In this document: piece by piece, positions 11,749 to 25,023 of the stretch
Layout of the letters: each line of letters starts with the position of its first letter
Position numbering within the stretch: position 1 is the first letter of the stretch
Assembly (NCBI GenBank): GCA_001662655.1
Contig: KV460243.1
Strand: one strand, 5' to 3'
Length of the DNA stretch: 64,000 nt
Source of the DNA: Pseudogymnoascus verrucosus
Taxonomy: Eukaryota
Notes under the pieces: model-generated
Databases searched by the model: none
What the model was told of the DNA's origin: nothing
Seen by the model: only the letters and a program-made list of their open reading frames with translations
Translations under genes and position numbers: made by a program

Positions 11749-13989
11749 TTAAAGCTCATCAACCCTCTCCAGACTCCCCATAACCTTCTGGGTGCCATCC
11801 CCTCTCGTCTCATCCTTCACGTTCCCCACGACGAAGAAATCCTTCACAATCGCTGTCCCATCTATCACGGACTCATACTGTTCGGGCGTACACGTACCTG
11901 GAGCCCTAACGTAGCACTTCGGCTCCGGGACCTCTGGGACCTCGTTTTTGACATGGAACGTCGAAGACGGGCCCTCTGTCGTCAGGTCATCCGACACAGG
12001 CAAGAGGCCGGTCGCAATATCGCGGTTGAACATGGCACGCATGAAAATCTCATAAGAGACTTCAGGTTGGTACCATGGCACTATCGTTTCCAATTAGCCT
12101 CACATCCAACCATATTCTTCCCTGGGGCAAACATACCTTCGTGCCCAGCCTGGAACACCCGTGAAAAGGAGTAATTCCCATACTGCCTCACAAACCCCCC
12201 CTCTCCCTCACTAGTAAGAATCGGCGCGTACCCAGCACTCTTGAACCCTTCGGCGCCTTCGTGCTCGATCAACACAGACACTGCCTCCCCGCCGAGCCAG
12301 TTACAGGCATAGTCGCGGTCGCCGTACATCATGTGCACCTTGACCCCGCTGTCGAGGAGGTAGGCGACGGCTTGCATGGAGCCGGCACGGTTGATGTCGC
12401 CAGTGGAGTCGAAAGCATCGCCGACGGCGGGGGATGATGTGGTGAAGTTTACGGGTACGCCGAGGGCGGAGAGAACCCATTCTTGGGCGAGGTAGCCGTG
12501 CATGTCTGGGTCGTGTTAGTGGGGTGCAATAAAAGGGGGTAAAGATCTTATAAAGGTGAACAAGAGGCGCTCACATGGTTCGGGGGTTGGATCAGCTTTT
12601 GGGTGTGCAATGTCGTACCAACCCCACTTCAAGGTATGTAAGTTTAAATCCATATGAAGGGGGGAGGGAAGGAAGTAGGAGGGGAACGAACAGTGAGAAT
12701 CTTTTCGAACGTATCCATCGATGCGCAGTCGACCTTGTGGATGTCGTCAAAGCACTTAATGACCGAGGGCACATTTCCTCTCCAGTCTGGGTCTTCTGCT
12801 TCAGCTAGCTTCTGACATGCTGCCAGCTTCTCTCTGCATCCACCAGGCCTCTCATATTCGTCCACAGTTTTTTCATACTGTTCTTTGCTGATGTGTTGAA
12901 TTCCGTAGGTCTGTAATCTCATTAATATATGACCCAAAAATATGCAGTGGAGAACATACGTTATTATACGCCATTTGATTGTAGCTGGGGAACTGGACGA
13001 GGTTGTCGAGCAGGCCGTTGATTATTCCCAGGGTGTCAAGGTGTATGTGATGCGTTCCCGCCTCGTCAATCGTGCCATTATTGATCTTTTCATTCTGCTG
13101 CTGGAAGAACTTAAAGAACCCCGGCCCATAATGGCCCCCATAGCTCTCGGTCCATAGGCTCACTCTGTCATCATTCGGCTTGTACCCTGGGAACTCGGCG
13201 AACCAAGTCTGAGCGAAGTGCCACAGTGCGTGCGCAGCATGCACAGTCGTGTTAGCGGTCTTACCCAGCGATTGGCTACCCGCCGTGCCGACGTAGAAGG
13301 TGTTGTTCTGCTCAGGAACGCCGTCGGTGAAGTCCGTTGGGATCATCTTCTTAAGTTCGCCCTCCTGAAGGAGGTCTACAGTGATATTGGTGAGGACGTC
13401 GTAAGAGAAACCAACTTGAGCCGGCTGGTCAAGATAGAGCATGTTCACCTCGTTGTTCCATGACCATGGGTTTAAGTAGGTAGAGTTGGAGTCTGCGCCG
13501 ATAAAGCAAGGGCCGTTTTCTTGCAGGCCGCCCATTAGGGACGAGCCACCCGGGCCGCCATTGAGCCAGATGGCGAGCGGGGCATTTTGAGGGTCTTTTC
13601 TGGACTCGAAAAACCAAAAGAAGCTGGTAGCTACCGTTAACTGGATGTCTACATCTTTGAAATCCGTATTCCATGGGATTCTCACGTGTTGATGGGGTAG
13701 TCCTGGTTTTCACCACTTATATCGGAGAGCAGACCGGGCGGAAGATGCACGTATCCGCTGTAGCTCTTGACACCGGGTGTGGTCTCGCAAATTCCAGGCT
13801 GAAGTTTTGTCAGCTATAATTTTAGAATGTCATATAGGGTTTCTTTAAAATACGTGCCTCCTTGTACGAAATTGTGACTCCCTCATGGTACTTGGATTTC
13901 AGCGTTGTAACATCCTTCACCGGCGGCGGGAACTGGCCTAGAACCACTACCGGAGCCAAAGCAAGGGCGGCACCGATTAACGAAAGCAT
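11749..13989 (-). CDS. Secreted serine carboxypeptidase (peptidase S10), multi-exon
   Basis: Signal peptide [22 protein letters not shown]. Motifs [29 protein letters not shown], catalytic [18 protein letters not shown] and AGHEVPWYQP across spliced exons. Ends RVDEL. Confidence 0.9.
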
Positions 13990-14616
13990 TATAATATCAA
14001 CAAATAACCCGCAACTACTGTGTGCGTGAACAAAAACGATGCGCGCACCAACGGAGGAATATTATATGCATCTTATGTGTAACAAGACTATGGAATGGAG
14101 TACAAGCGTGCCACTTATCCGGCACTATGCGATTCGTTCGCCGGTGCCTAGGTGACATATCGCTAGTTACATGCGAAGCTATGATGCTTCTGGCAGGTGC
14201 ACTTGTGTTGCTTACGTTGACGCCAAAATACGCGTTTTTCGGCTGGGAAGACGCGAATCCTACCCATGAAGTTAAGGTACTCCATCCCCCCAAAAAAACC
14301 CAGTATCGTCCATCCCGTCTCAATTGAGCAGTGATAGTCGTAGTATTGGATATCCGCTCAAAACCTGCCCCGTCCCCAGAATCCCCCGTGTAGTACGAAG
14401 AGTACATTAATATGGTGCTTGCCACGAGTCCAGTGGGCTCTATGTGCATTTTCCCAAACATCGTTCACACCGGACATAACTCTTGACTGTTCGAGACAAT
14501 TAACGGCCATGCTACCGCTATTACAACAGCTGAGAGGCAGTGGACTGTCGGGGATGTGGCTCCTTAAATGGATCGAATGTATGTGTTAACATGTCTTGCT
14601 TCCTTAAATCTTCAAC

Positions 14617-14922
14617 ATATATGGAAAGAACGATTTCTAAGCAGACTCAGTCGCGGCTTCCTGGGGACCTTCAAGTCTGATATATGGAAATAACGATTAC
14701 CAAGCAAGCTCAGCCGCACCTTCCTCGTAGCCTTGAAGCTATATATATGGCAAGAACGACTACCAACCAAGGTCAGTCGTAGCTTCCTTAGAGATTCTCA
14801 GCGATATATATATATATATGGAAGGAACGATTACCAAGCAAACTCAATCGCAGCTTCCTCGGATATTTCAAGGCATATATATGGCAAGAACGATTTCTAA
14901 GCAAACTCAATCGTGACTTCCT
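14617..14922 (+). repeat. Tandem array A: 5 copies of a ~63-bp unit with a ~46-bp palindromic core ATATATGG(A/C)AAGAACGATTnCCAAGCAAnCTCA(A/G)TCGCAGCTTCCT
   Basis: Cores start at 14617, 14680, 14743, 14814 and 14877 (period 63, 63, 71 with AT expansion, 63). The ~17-nt linkers are more variable. Confidence 0.9.
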
Positions 14923-15053
14923 CAGCTTCCTCAGAAATCTGTGAAGGTGTTCTTGCATTTCCTGTATTTTGCTCACATGCGTTCCAAATCACTTTTCTTT
15001 CTCAATTGTCTCTTTAAACCTTCCCACAGTTTCCATGGTCATCTCCCTTGGCC

Positions 15054-17594
15054 TCAAACTCTATCCCCCACAGAAGGTCCATGTAATGTAGCCTCCCTAG
15101 GCAGTCTATTCTCACCCTCCTTATATTCGGCCCCTACCTCTCCTCGCGCCAAATCATTCACCCACCTCCCTGCCCCCTCTATCCCTCCCTCTCGAAACCT
15201 CGTCGCCAGATAAAACCATGCAAGCGCATTTCCCACTGTCCCAACCTCGTCGCTCACGGTCCGCGCTGCCACCTCACTCATCCGATCATGCAACTCGTGA
15301 TCAGTCCACAACCTCAATAGGCACCCTGCCGCGTCCTTCCAGTCCCCAGGCTCGACGAGGAACCCGTTGCGCTCGTGCTGGACCTGGAGTTGGATACCAC
15401 CTACCCGACTTACAATCACCGGCCGCCCTTTCTTGAGAGCCTCGGAGACTTTCACCTCGAAGCCTTCGCGGATGGAGAGCTGCATGACAATGTGTGCGTT
15501 GGTCATGAGCGCATTGAGGAGCTGGTCATATGGCTCGAGGCGTTGGACTGAGATGGAGCTTGCGAGGTGCGGACAGTGCGCTTCAATGTAAGACATGGTC
15601 TGGTCGTGGACGAGAGTGCCGTCGGGGTCGTCGATGGAGCCGTTGCCGACGCTGTGCGGAGTATTGTCAACCATGATCTGGAAAAGAAAGGGGCTTCGCG
15701 GCAGAGAGGGGCAAAGACAGGACTAACATGACAAGTTGAGGGGCATTCTTGACTGATTTCTCGCCAACTTTTTTGGCGAGAAGGGCGCGGAACTCTACAT
15801 AAGCCTTTAAGACGACCGGGATGCCTTTGGATGGGTCGAAGCGTGCTATTTGCACAAAGTATTGACCTAGAAAGTGGTGTCAGCTTGCTTTCACTAATCT
15901 TGGAAGGAGCAAAGCTTACGATCCGGAAAGCCTAATTCGGTCCTGAGATGTGGGTCAGTAGGGAAACATGTGTATAGTTGGGAGGTCTCACATCCGGATA
16001 CCGTGTGCCCTTTGATTATACAGGTGCATATAATACTGTGTATCCCAATCCGCCAATGGCTTGTTAAGCCCGTCCAACCTATATAAGCATCAGCAAGTAA
16101 ATTCGACCTACGGGGAGCGGAGGAAACCTCACCAGTCAGTAGTAGCGGGAAGATACGCAACCTTCTCAGCGGGCACACTCTGCGGAATAAATTCCGGTAC
16201 GGGGTGGCTTATGAACATATCTGCCTGCGTAATTTTAGACCACAAATGGTCCCAGATATCCTGCTGAGGCGTCCCGGGCGTGTCGCAAAGGTCGCTGCGA
16301 ATCTGGATATGGCTTCTGTATAGAACTGGCCGGTCAGGGGTGAGAAGCTTGATGAGGGGAATTAAGCTGGGCATTTGTGGGTCATCGATCTGGTAGTGTT
16401 AGGCAGGATATAAAATGTGTCATGGATTGGACATACAATGATAATATCAGCGCCGCCTTCCGAGGGCGGCCGCAGCGGCCCATTTTTGCAGAGCCAGTAC
16501 CTCTCGGCATGTTCGGTGATCCAGCCGTCCACCGAAGCTTTCTCTTCTTCTGAAATCCGGACACCAGGTTCCGCGACTCCTTGGAGGATATTATGGATAG
16601 TCTTCGTGACACGGAAGACGCCCGGTTTCGGTTTCGGAACGTACCTAGGGTTTCTCAGACCGGAACACCAGGTATACAACGGGCCAATGGGGCTGTACTC
16701 ACCACCGTAGATCAACGTCGACCGTTCGCGCAAAGCGCACAAGTGCGTGTCTCATCAGCGCCACGCCGCCGCCTTGCGGTGTACTACTGAAGAATGCGAT
16801 TTTCGTCTTTTTCTCCTTTAGTTTTGCCGCATAATGCAACATCGCGTCCCAAGTAACCGCCTGGCACGTCTTCTGATAGTCCTCAAGCATATGCATATGG
16901 GCGCGGAATCCTGCATCAATCTGCACAATCCCGCGATACCCAACTTGAAGCAGGGGCGAGAGATTCGGACCGAAGGCCCTGATGTTGTCAATTTTGGTGC
17001 AAATAGGGACATCAGATGGGGACGTACGTAATCGACTTCCTCGCCATCGAATCTGCCTGCTCATCAACGCCCCTATCCTTCCAAAACGTAAAACCCTCCA
17101 TATCTTTCTCTGAGCCCTCCTGATCGGGCCACAGCGAAAGTGGCACTAGATCCAGCTCCGACCACAGCCTTGAGCACAGCGACGGGCTGACGCGCTCGAG
17201 ATCTACGGGCAGGCCACCGCCGATGTACTTGCATAGGGATTTCTTCTGGTATTTGCGTAGGGATTCGACAACGAAATCGGCGATGGGATCAGTGCTGTCG
17301 CGTGGGGTCGGTAAGGGGACGTTGTGCACGGTGAAGTCGTGAAGGTAAACGCTGTCATGGACGGCGATGGCGACGACAGCAACGTTCGGTTCGTCATCGG
17401 TGAAGGCGGCGGAAACGCCAACGAAGAGGGGCTATGGTATTTGATTTAGCTTGCTGCACGGTTGGAGGGTATTGGAAGGCAACTAATCAGCAACATACCG
17501 TAAGCGTGATGGCGCCATGCTGCTTCTCGGCAACTTGCAGCCGGTACTTGGATGGCCGTTTCTCAAACTCTCTATTCGCGGCAAAGGCTACCAT
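15054..17594 (-). CDS. ccg-9: Trehalose synthase/trehalose phosphorylase (GT4, CCG-9 type), multi-exon
   Basis: IAFFSSTPQGGGVALMRHALVR, FRVTKTIHNILQGV, IDDPQMP, YRSHIQIRSDL, QIARFDPSKGIP, GNGSIDDPDG, QLSIREGFEVKVSEAL. Start at MVAFAANR assumed. Confidence 0.85.
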
Positions 17595-19894
17595 GGCCTT
17601 GAGAACCGGCTGCAGTTTCATTGCCGCATGCTTCCAGACCTGTGATGGTGTGCTAGGACGACTTGGTCGATTCGATCCAGTTGGCGCCAGGACACGTTTT
17701 AAGAGCCCACCTACTTCACCCTCACTTGGTGCGGAACGCTTCGACATTGTTGCTTGGATCGCTAGCTTTCAAGATAATGACTGGTAGTTCATCAAAGTTG
17801 AAGATATTAGGCACGGAGATGACGGGATTTTCCTGCCCAATGGGTAATGGTCTGAGTCCGCCAAGGTGAGATCTCGGGTACTTGTGTCTATGTGTACGTG
17901 ACCAAGAGCTATGCAGACATAAATTTGAGAAGCCTAGCAAGGTACCACTTAATCATTGAATTGTAGAGTAAGTTGAGAAAGGTCTTTAGATAATAAATAA
18001 CCTCATAAGATATTTCCTACTTACGTAGTTGGAAAACGACTGATGACGACGTTTTCGGACTAGACTAACAATAAGGTCGTGTGGGGTTGACAAGGCTGGC
18101 AGGTGGTTGACCCACTTAATTAAGGAATCCGGGGTATACAGAGCGCGCGCGCTTGGAAAAGTCAATTCCAACGCAAACAGTTTTCATGCATGTCAAGTAT
18201 GTAAATCTTGGTTCTAGATTATCAGATACTTATAGTTGTAGTTTATATGTAATATAATAATGATTGATCCACCACCCCCATCGTTAACCGGCCCCTAACC
18301 TCCAACTTTGTCGACGATCGCCTCATGGCTCTGAAACAACATGTATTCGGATGGAATAGCGATATTGTGCTAGATTCGTCTAGCTTTTTAATAATTGTAT
18401 TGACGCCTACCGTATCCTCGAGAAACTGCCAAGTTATGGTCTTAAAGCCTTTGTGTGACTACGTTGGGTTGCTAATCGCAACGTATAATGCTATCATTTT
18501 AGGCTGATGCCGCCACAGTTACATCCTTGAGCTCACACTCACACAATATGCTTTTATTCCCGTCTTCGGGATGATAAAGTGAAACCCCCTAAATCTATCA
18601 CTTCGGTGAGGGTAACACTACATTTTAAGTCCTAGTAATATCCTGCTCACGCAGCAAAGGGCAAATTTTCTGCAAATAAGAGGGTCTACCACTTTTTCAA
18701 AGGTAGAGAAGAACACACGGCGTTATCCGTTCTCTACTTCAAAGGCAGTTTTACCAGTAAGAACCGATGCACTTATGCCATAACTAGGGAGAAACTCGAG
18801 AAGCATCTCTATGAGTGCCAAGTCTGTGCCTAAGGTTGTAAGTAAGACATTATCTCAAGAGCCTTTGACAAGGCCATGAGACGTATAACTGAAGTTAATG
18901 CCCGAAAATGTAGTTTTTCCCCGATCGAAGTGGGCTATTTCCTAGTGACAACACATGATTTACATGGGTTGTGTTGACAAACCTGTAATTACTTGATGAG
19001 GCTGGGCACCAACTTCCGATGTGATGTGCAATCCTTGGCACATGTGTGGCAATGTACAGAATATCATCAGCACCACGAGGCTCACCAATTGCAAAGGAGG
19101 TTTAAATTAAAGAGGTGCACGACATATATGCAGTAACAGCGACTTAATCGCCCGTAATGTTATTGGTCTTTGGGAATTATGCGGCATTGGTTTTGATATT
19201 ACCATCCAACGCTCCATCACACATGTAGCCAATTGTAATTCTGGGGCGAATTGCAGACTGAAATTCAGCCAGAGAGGTGAGGTCACAATAATAATTATTT
19301 GCTGGTATGATTCTACAGCAGAAATACAGGCTATACTGGCCTACCATCAGCAGTCATGGGTGGCCTTGGTTTCACTTGTGGATCCACGTTCCCCAGAAGC
19401 TGTTACGGCTTTCACGAAGAGCCTCTCTTATTTTCCAACATCCACACCCTCATGCAAATCGCGCTAGCACAATATATGGCTGCAAAGAGACTCCAAGAGA
19501 GTAATGAAGATGATAGGTTCGGGATTAGAATAATGGGCTCTAGGGAAGCCTTGCGAGGGCTAACTGAGCTCATGCTACTCTCGTACTGGTTATCACTCAC
19601 CGATTGAAGCTTTTTGGGCACTGAGTCAGAGCCTCTGACATTTCGGCAATAGTGCTTTCACTTTGACGCCCGAGGATATGAGATATTACAGTACATGGAC
19701 ATCTAAATCTAGGGGGGCCGGGTTGTAGTCATATCCGCAATATGTGCCGACTTGATGAGGTGGCCTGCCCTGCCTGTCTCATGGTTAAGGACCCATCAGC
19801 TTTGAGAATTACAATATCGGAGAACTCAATTGCAGTTTGGCACTTCCTCTATTACATCTTTGATATCACAGTTAATTAAAAGTATTCCTCGAAG

Positions 19895-21360
19895 ATGCCC
19901 GACTTGAGCATCGAATTGGAAAATGGCCATGTGAGAAAGGTAGAGGAAAGCGCAAAATTACGATGGGCCCCTTTTTCAGCAAAACAACCATCTTTCCCAC
20001 GAGGTACAGATTCGAAATCCTTCATTGTTATTATAACGAATACTAATTTTAAGGCCATCTACATATTGATCGGGTTTTGCGGCGACGCATGGTTGATGTT
20101 ATTGCTCTGAACAGCTTTGCAGATTCCAGTCCGTCGACAAAAGAAGGGTTGAACGCATACGTTAACAACCTGTTGGCACAGTTTGAAGAAACACAGCCAA
20201 TATTCCATAGCTTGATTCCGTCATCGTTTAAACCCGGAAACGAAAATCGAGAAAATGACTGGTTTATTCAGAGCTTTCTCGTTATATGGGAGGCTGCCTG
20301 CCAACGTGGAAAGCTAAGCTTGGTTAGTCTGGCAGAAGCACTTCAAAGAGGGGACTGCCTGGAACCTTTTGAAAAATCACAAGCGAAAATGGACAAACTT
20401 TCGCTGCGATTTGTATTTTTCTTGCTTGGCTGCTCTACGACGTTATATATATTTCAATCCCGGCCCCTATCTCTGGGTTTCTTTCAGGTCTGCGGGTGCA
20501 ATCCGAAGACAAACTACTATCACTCTTCGTATCTAAAGACACAAGTCTCAGAGGAAGGGGCTCAACGTCCACTGAGAGATTTTCTACAGGGGTTCGGAAG
20601 ATTCCCTCTTCGAGCCTCTAAGATGCCCAGAGAGAACATCGAGCTACATGCGAGGGTGGCCATAAATCCCATCGATTTCAATGCAAAGGTTTTACAAAGC
20701 ACTTGCGGGATAAGTGTTGTGTGGACGTAATTTTGAGCGCCCATCTAGATTATGATGAACGGTCCAAAAGTCTGTTCTTGTTTATGTTTCCAAGCTTTTG
20801 CCTTGCAAATATTCCAAAAACCGGGGTCAATGACCATGTTAATATTGTTCAGCGGTATGCCACGCCTTCAAGCTCTTATACTCAATAGCTAATGAATTAG
20901 ATGCTGGACTGAGAATCCTTCTCCAAGTATACTTGCCTCGCAGGAGATGGCAAATTTCATGAAGGAAGCTCTCCTAACAACCCATTTAATCTTCTCGCAA
21001 TTCAAAAAGGCGAGAAAATTATTTCGGGTTGCCAACGCCTCCACTGATCCCTTATTGGCAATACTCTGCTGTCATGAATGGCCGGCTACATTTCAGGATT
21101 GGAACCACCGGCCTCGTCGAGTTTATGACTTGCATGATGATTTCCCCATATTCGAAAAAAGATTGAGAATACTCAACAACCAGATTGCTCTATCACAGCC
21201 AAAAGGATTAAAAGAACTTTAGAAAGATGACAGGGACAAACTCCAGTGGTATACGTTCTAGGCCGTTGTGATGATCGGGGGTTCTAGTCTTATGCTTTCG
21301 ATATGTCAGACTGGTCTCGCTACTGTGCAGGTTTGGGCAATCTTCTAGGTCAACACCTAG
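19895..21360 (+). pseudogene. Decayed fungal hypothetical membrane-protein gene (C-terminal QWYTFWAV-type TM family)
   Basis: Introns 20004-20053 and 20855-20900 join the ORF pieces in frame. One frameshift near 20725-20730 (WT*/..LSAHLDYD..LFMFPSFC). In-frame TAGs at 21220, 21259 and 21346 interrupt L*KDDRDKLQWYTF*AVVMIGG..LSICQ..VQVWAIF*VNT. Confidence 0.65.
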
Positions 21361-21402
21361 CAATATATATCAAATAGGATGTTGAGAGTTCAGTGCTTCT
21401 TT
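21313..21402 (+). repeat. 90-bp direct repeat, copy 1 (3' end of the pseudogene)
   Basis: Ungapped match to 23173-23262; 72/90 identical by hand count. Confidence 0.85.
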
Positions 21403-21506
21403 ACTCATCAGGGTGCCCTCACACAAGCAACCATGACACTAGAAGTCGAGGCGTATAGATTGGAATCACATCTAAAGTTTTATCATTTTCATGCTTCCAT
21501 ACATTC

Positions 21507-23019
21507 TTATAGATGTTTGTGTATCCATTCATCCTCCGCTAATTCCTTTGCGGAGCTACGCTTGCCTGGCTCCCATTGCAGCATTTTTCGCATGAAGCGT
21601 AAAAAGGCCTCTCTTTCCTCTTCACCCTCGAGAGTAGTTTCCCGTTCCTCAAGCGGAACCTGGCCCGTTAATAAATTTTTATTGCGGAAGGCACCTAAAA
21701 TAGCCATATACGGTTAGTATACGATACTATAATTTATTAGACATACGATGACAAGACTGTTGACTTGCCTTCGCTTGAAAAGAATTTATCTCGTAGCTCC
21801 CCTTGGGCAAGAAGACTCGATGGCGGGGGGCCAAGGAGATTTATCATCTCGGCGAGATGGGCTCGACTTCGGTACTTCTGAAACTCTAGATCATAGCCGG
21901 TGAACAAGGAACCGCCTTCGTAAATATCCCAAATCTATTCCAACAATTAGTAATTTTCGTCGCGTGGTAACCAGGCCGTGTGTCTTACCATGCATCCCAC
22001 ATTCCATATATCCACACTATACGTCCATGGAGCCTCTAGAATCACTTCTGGTGCTCGATAAATATTAGGTTGGACGAATTCCGAGTGGTGTTGGGCACCG
22101 AGCATGGCTGAACCAAAATCGCATAGGACCGGGGCATCCATATTATTTGGCATTCTGAGATCGCGGGACATGTATATCATTCTCCCGTCTATGTCTACCT
22201 CCTTCCTCGGAACAGGGTCTTGGAGCTCCTCCTCTTCAAAATCGCTAAAGACCGAATCGTCGTCTATGCCGAGCATGATATTATCGGCCTTTATATCTAT
22301 CAAAAATGTGTAAGTAAATAATGAAAGTAGGTAGTGAGGGAGGGACGGGTGGTTGCAAATCAAGCCACGAACCGGTATGTATGATCCGGCACTCCGTATG
22401 TAGATAGTCCAATGCTAAAAACAGTCGCAGAAGAACGAAGGCTATGACTTCCGAAGGCAGCCTCTCTACCGGGTTGCAGCGTAAGAACGTCAAAATGCTC
22501 TCAAATAACGGGGGGTGAACGAGACACTGGTGTTTATCCCCAGGCCCATCGACATAAAATGTGTCCAGTAACGTTCTGACGGCGTCACGACCACGATGAC
22601 CTTTCGGAGATTCTGCCATGCGCCTGTACATCTTGACCTCGTGATCCGCTTGCTGGTCCATAGACGAAGCCTGGATGGAGATTTTAAGCATAACATAACG
22701 ACGATAACTATGATTATAGTTCGTGAGCATATCGGACCCGGGTGATTATCTTGACAGATGAAGAGAGAGCTCACTTCATGTCCCGTGCAAGCCATGCAGT
22801 TGAGGTAGACCCAAACCCCAATTTCCCTACAACTTGATAGCGCTCTTTGATCACTTCTCCTATACAGGTAGGATAATACTGGGACGCAACATAGTCCGGA
22901 AGGGTCTCTTCTTCAATTTTGTGGTATTCCGGTACCAGGAGGAAGTTTGGGTTGGAGAAATTCAGTGGCTTCCATCGTCGTCCGAGCCTGGGCAAAGACC
23001 GCAGAAGCGACGACAACAT
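21507..23019 (-). CDS. SRPK-like (CMGC) protein kinase, multi-exon
   Basis: [84 protein letters not shown]. Confidence 0.85.
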
Positions 23020-23172
23020 AGTCCGAGAAAGGCTGTATCACATGAAATAAATAGCAGGTTAATCTGATCTAGACTTGTTGCTGTCTATGTTAATGTAGTT
23101 ACTAAGAGTGGCGCGAAGGATGGTATAGAACAGAAGTCAGGTGATCTGAAGAAAGAATCGCACCATAAGAAG

Positions 23173-23262
23173 GGTCTCGCAGCTGTGCAGGTTTGGGCCG
23201 TCTTTCAAGTCAACGCCTAGTGATATATCTCAGATTGGATGTTTAGAGTCTAGTATTTCTTT
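23173..23262 (+). repeat. 90-bp direct repeat, copy 2
   Basis: Matches 21313-21402; lies between the kinase start and the GH27 3' end. Confidence 0.85.
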
Positions 23263-23544
23263 TTCTTGAGTTGGCAAGACGTCTCAGTATAGGCAATCAC
23301 GACATTGAGAAGGAGACGTGAGATTGAAAAATCAAATTAACTATTTTCCCGTTTAATTTCTGTAATTTAGGTGTATTATAACAGTCTTTATGTTCCTTAG
23401 CCGATACAATCACGCCACTATTATAGCAGCCTATGTAAACAGCAGAGGGGACATTAAATGATGACTTAGAAACCAAGGTTGATACTTTTCTCATATGGAG
23501 AATATAAACTTTGCCCGATCTGTACAGTCCACTGATAAGACTCG

Positions 23545-25023
23545 TCAACTCCTATCATAGGTGCTATGATTACTGTGCCTGTAAAACACTTTGAAGATGG
23601 CAATATCATGTGCGCCTAAACTGGCGCTCACAGAGGTTCCGCTTCCTGTATTTCCACTGTAGAGCTCCGTCCAGGAAAAGGTCCCCTCACCAAGTCCGGG
23701 CACATCAGAAAAGTTGACGGAAAGAGTCTGGTCGCCATCAGGAGCCACCAGTCCAACAACAACACCGTCAGAGAGCGGTCCAGCCCAGTACGGATACAGT
23801 TGGCCAGAAACAGGAGAGGCGGCCCCTTCTGGGCGGAAAGTAGTTGCAGCCCTTCCGAGAGGATCTTGGTTGACGGCTAATAGGCCCTGCAATTTACTCA
23901 TTAGTACCTAGTTATAAAAATGGAAATATCCAATTCGGGCCTGAATATCAGGAAATAAATCGGCCTACATACTTTGTTTGTAAACAAGCTAATGGTCTCT
24001 TCTGACAGTTTTCTGATATTTGTCCCTATGAAAATGGGCGACTTAGAAATAGCCCATATACCGAAGTGAGCTCGCTCCTCTGCGGCCGTGAGTTTGCCAT
24101 TCCCAATTATCTATCAGTGAATTTAGTAATAGAGCCGCATAAAGACTGCAAAGTAAGGGGTTGGGTTTAGCTACCATCATGTCTAGGTCGTTGAATCCGT
24201 GAGGAGCGGAGTAAGAAGCAATTGGTGCAGCCTGACTAGCGATTCTCACAACGTCCTCCCAACCGCCCCAGTTGTCGACGCTCATCCGCCAGCTATTCCC
24301 AACATCCGCCCCCCAGGTCCAGACACTATCGCGCCCCCAATTGCATAGGGAATAGAAAATCGGCCGTCCTGAGCTCTGTAGTGCGTCACGCATTGTAACA
24401 TACCATGTTTGCGTGTTGCCAGCAGGGTCGGTGCATGTTTGCATTTCCCCTGCGTTGCAAGGCGTATAGCAATTATCATGCTTCCAATAGTCGACACCCC
24501 AGCTAGCTAGCAATTTAGCGTCTTGTTCTTCGTGCCCTTGACTCCCGGGATACCCAGCACAGGTTTTGGTACCAGCATCACCGTATAGCCCGAATTTCAG
24601 ACCCATAGCGTGGATCTGGTCTGTTAATGACTTCATGCCCTGAGGAAATTTACTAGGATCTGGGACAAGGTTGCCGGAGTCGTCGCGGGAACTGGTGGAC
24701 CAGCAGTCGTCAATGTTGACATAGGTGTAGCCAGCATCTTTAAGACCAAGATCAATAAAAGCTTGTGCTGTATCGAGGGCTACCGCTGCGGTAGCAGCAT
24801 TGCAGCCACCTTGGTTCTAAACAAGTTAGAATACTGCTTCAAGTTGACGGCTATTTAGAATGCAGTGAATAAAAGAGAATATTTTTAATACCCAGCTGTT
24901 CCAGCCAAGAGCGGGGGTCTTTCCAAGACCATTGTCAAGTCGGGGCTTGAGACCATTAGACTTTTCAAATGCAAGTCCAGAAACTACATCCGTAGCCGCT
25001 AAAACTAATAACGTAGACCACAT
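23545..25023 (-). CDS. Secreted alpha-galactosidase, glycoside hydrolase family 27, multi-exon
   Basis: Signal peptide, LDNGLGKTPALGWNSW, YVNIDDCW, KFGLYGDAGTKTCAGYPGS, WGVDYWKHDNC, FYSLCNWG, SWRMSVD, FNDLDMM, AVNQDPLG. Confidence 0.92.

Noticed and set aside
14617..14922. CRISPR array interpretation of the repeat-linker pattern
   Set aside because: Eukaryotic context with no cas genes. The repeats are degenerate, and the ~17-nt linkers resemble each other (CCTTCAAG/CCTTGAAG/TTTCAAG) rather than being unique spacers.
14788..14976. 62-aa ORF with 21-aa periodicity
   Set aside because: By-product of the 63-bp DNA repeat; AT expansions and the 64-66-bp periods of array B break the frame.
18000..19800. 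Gene-free interval with short ORFs
   Set aside because: No coding, RNA or repeat signature that I could support.
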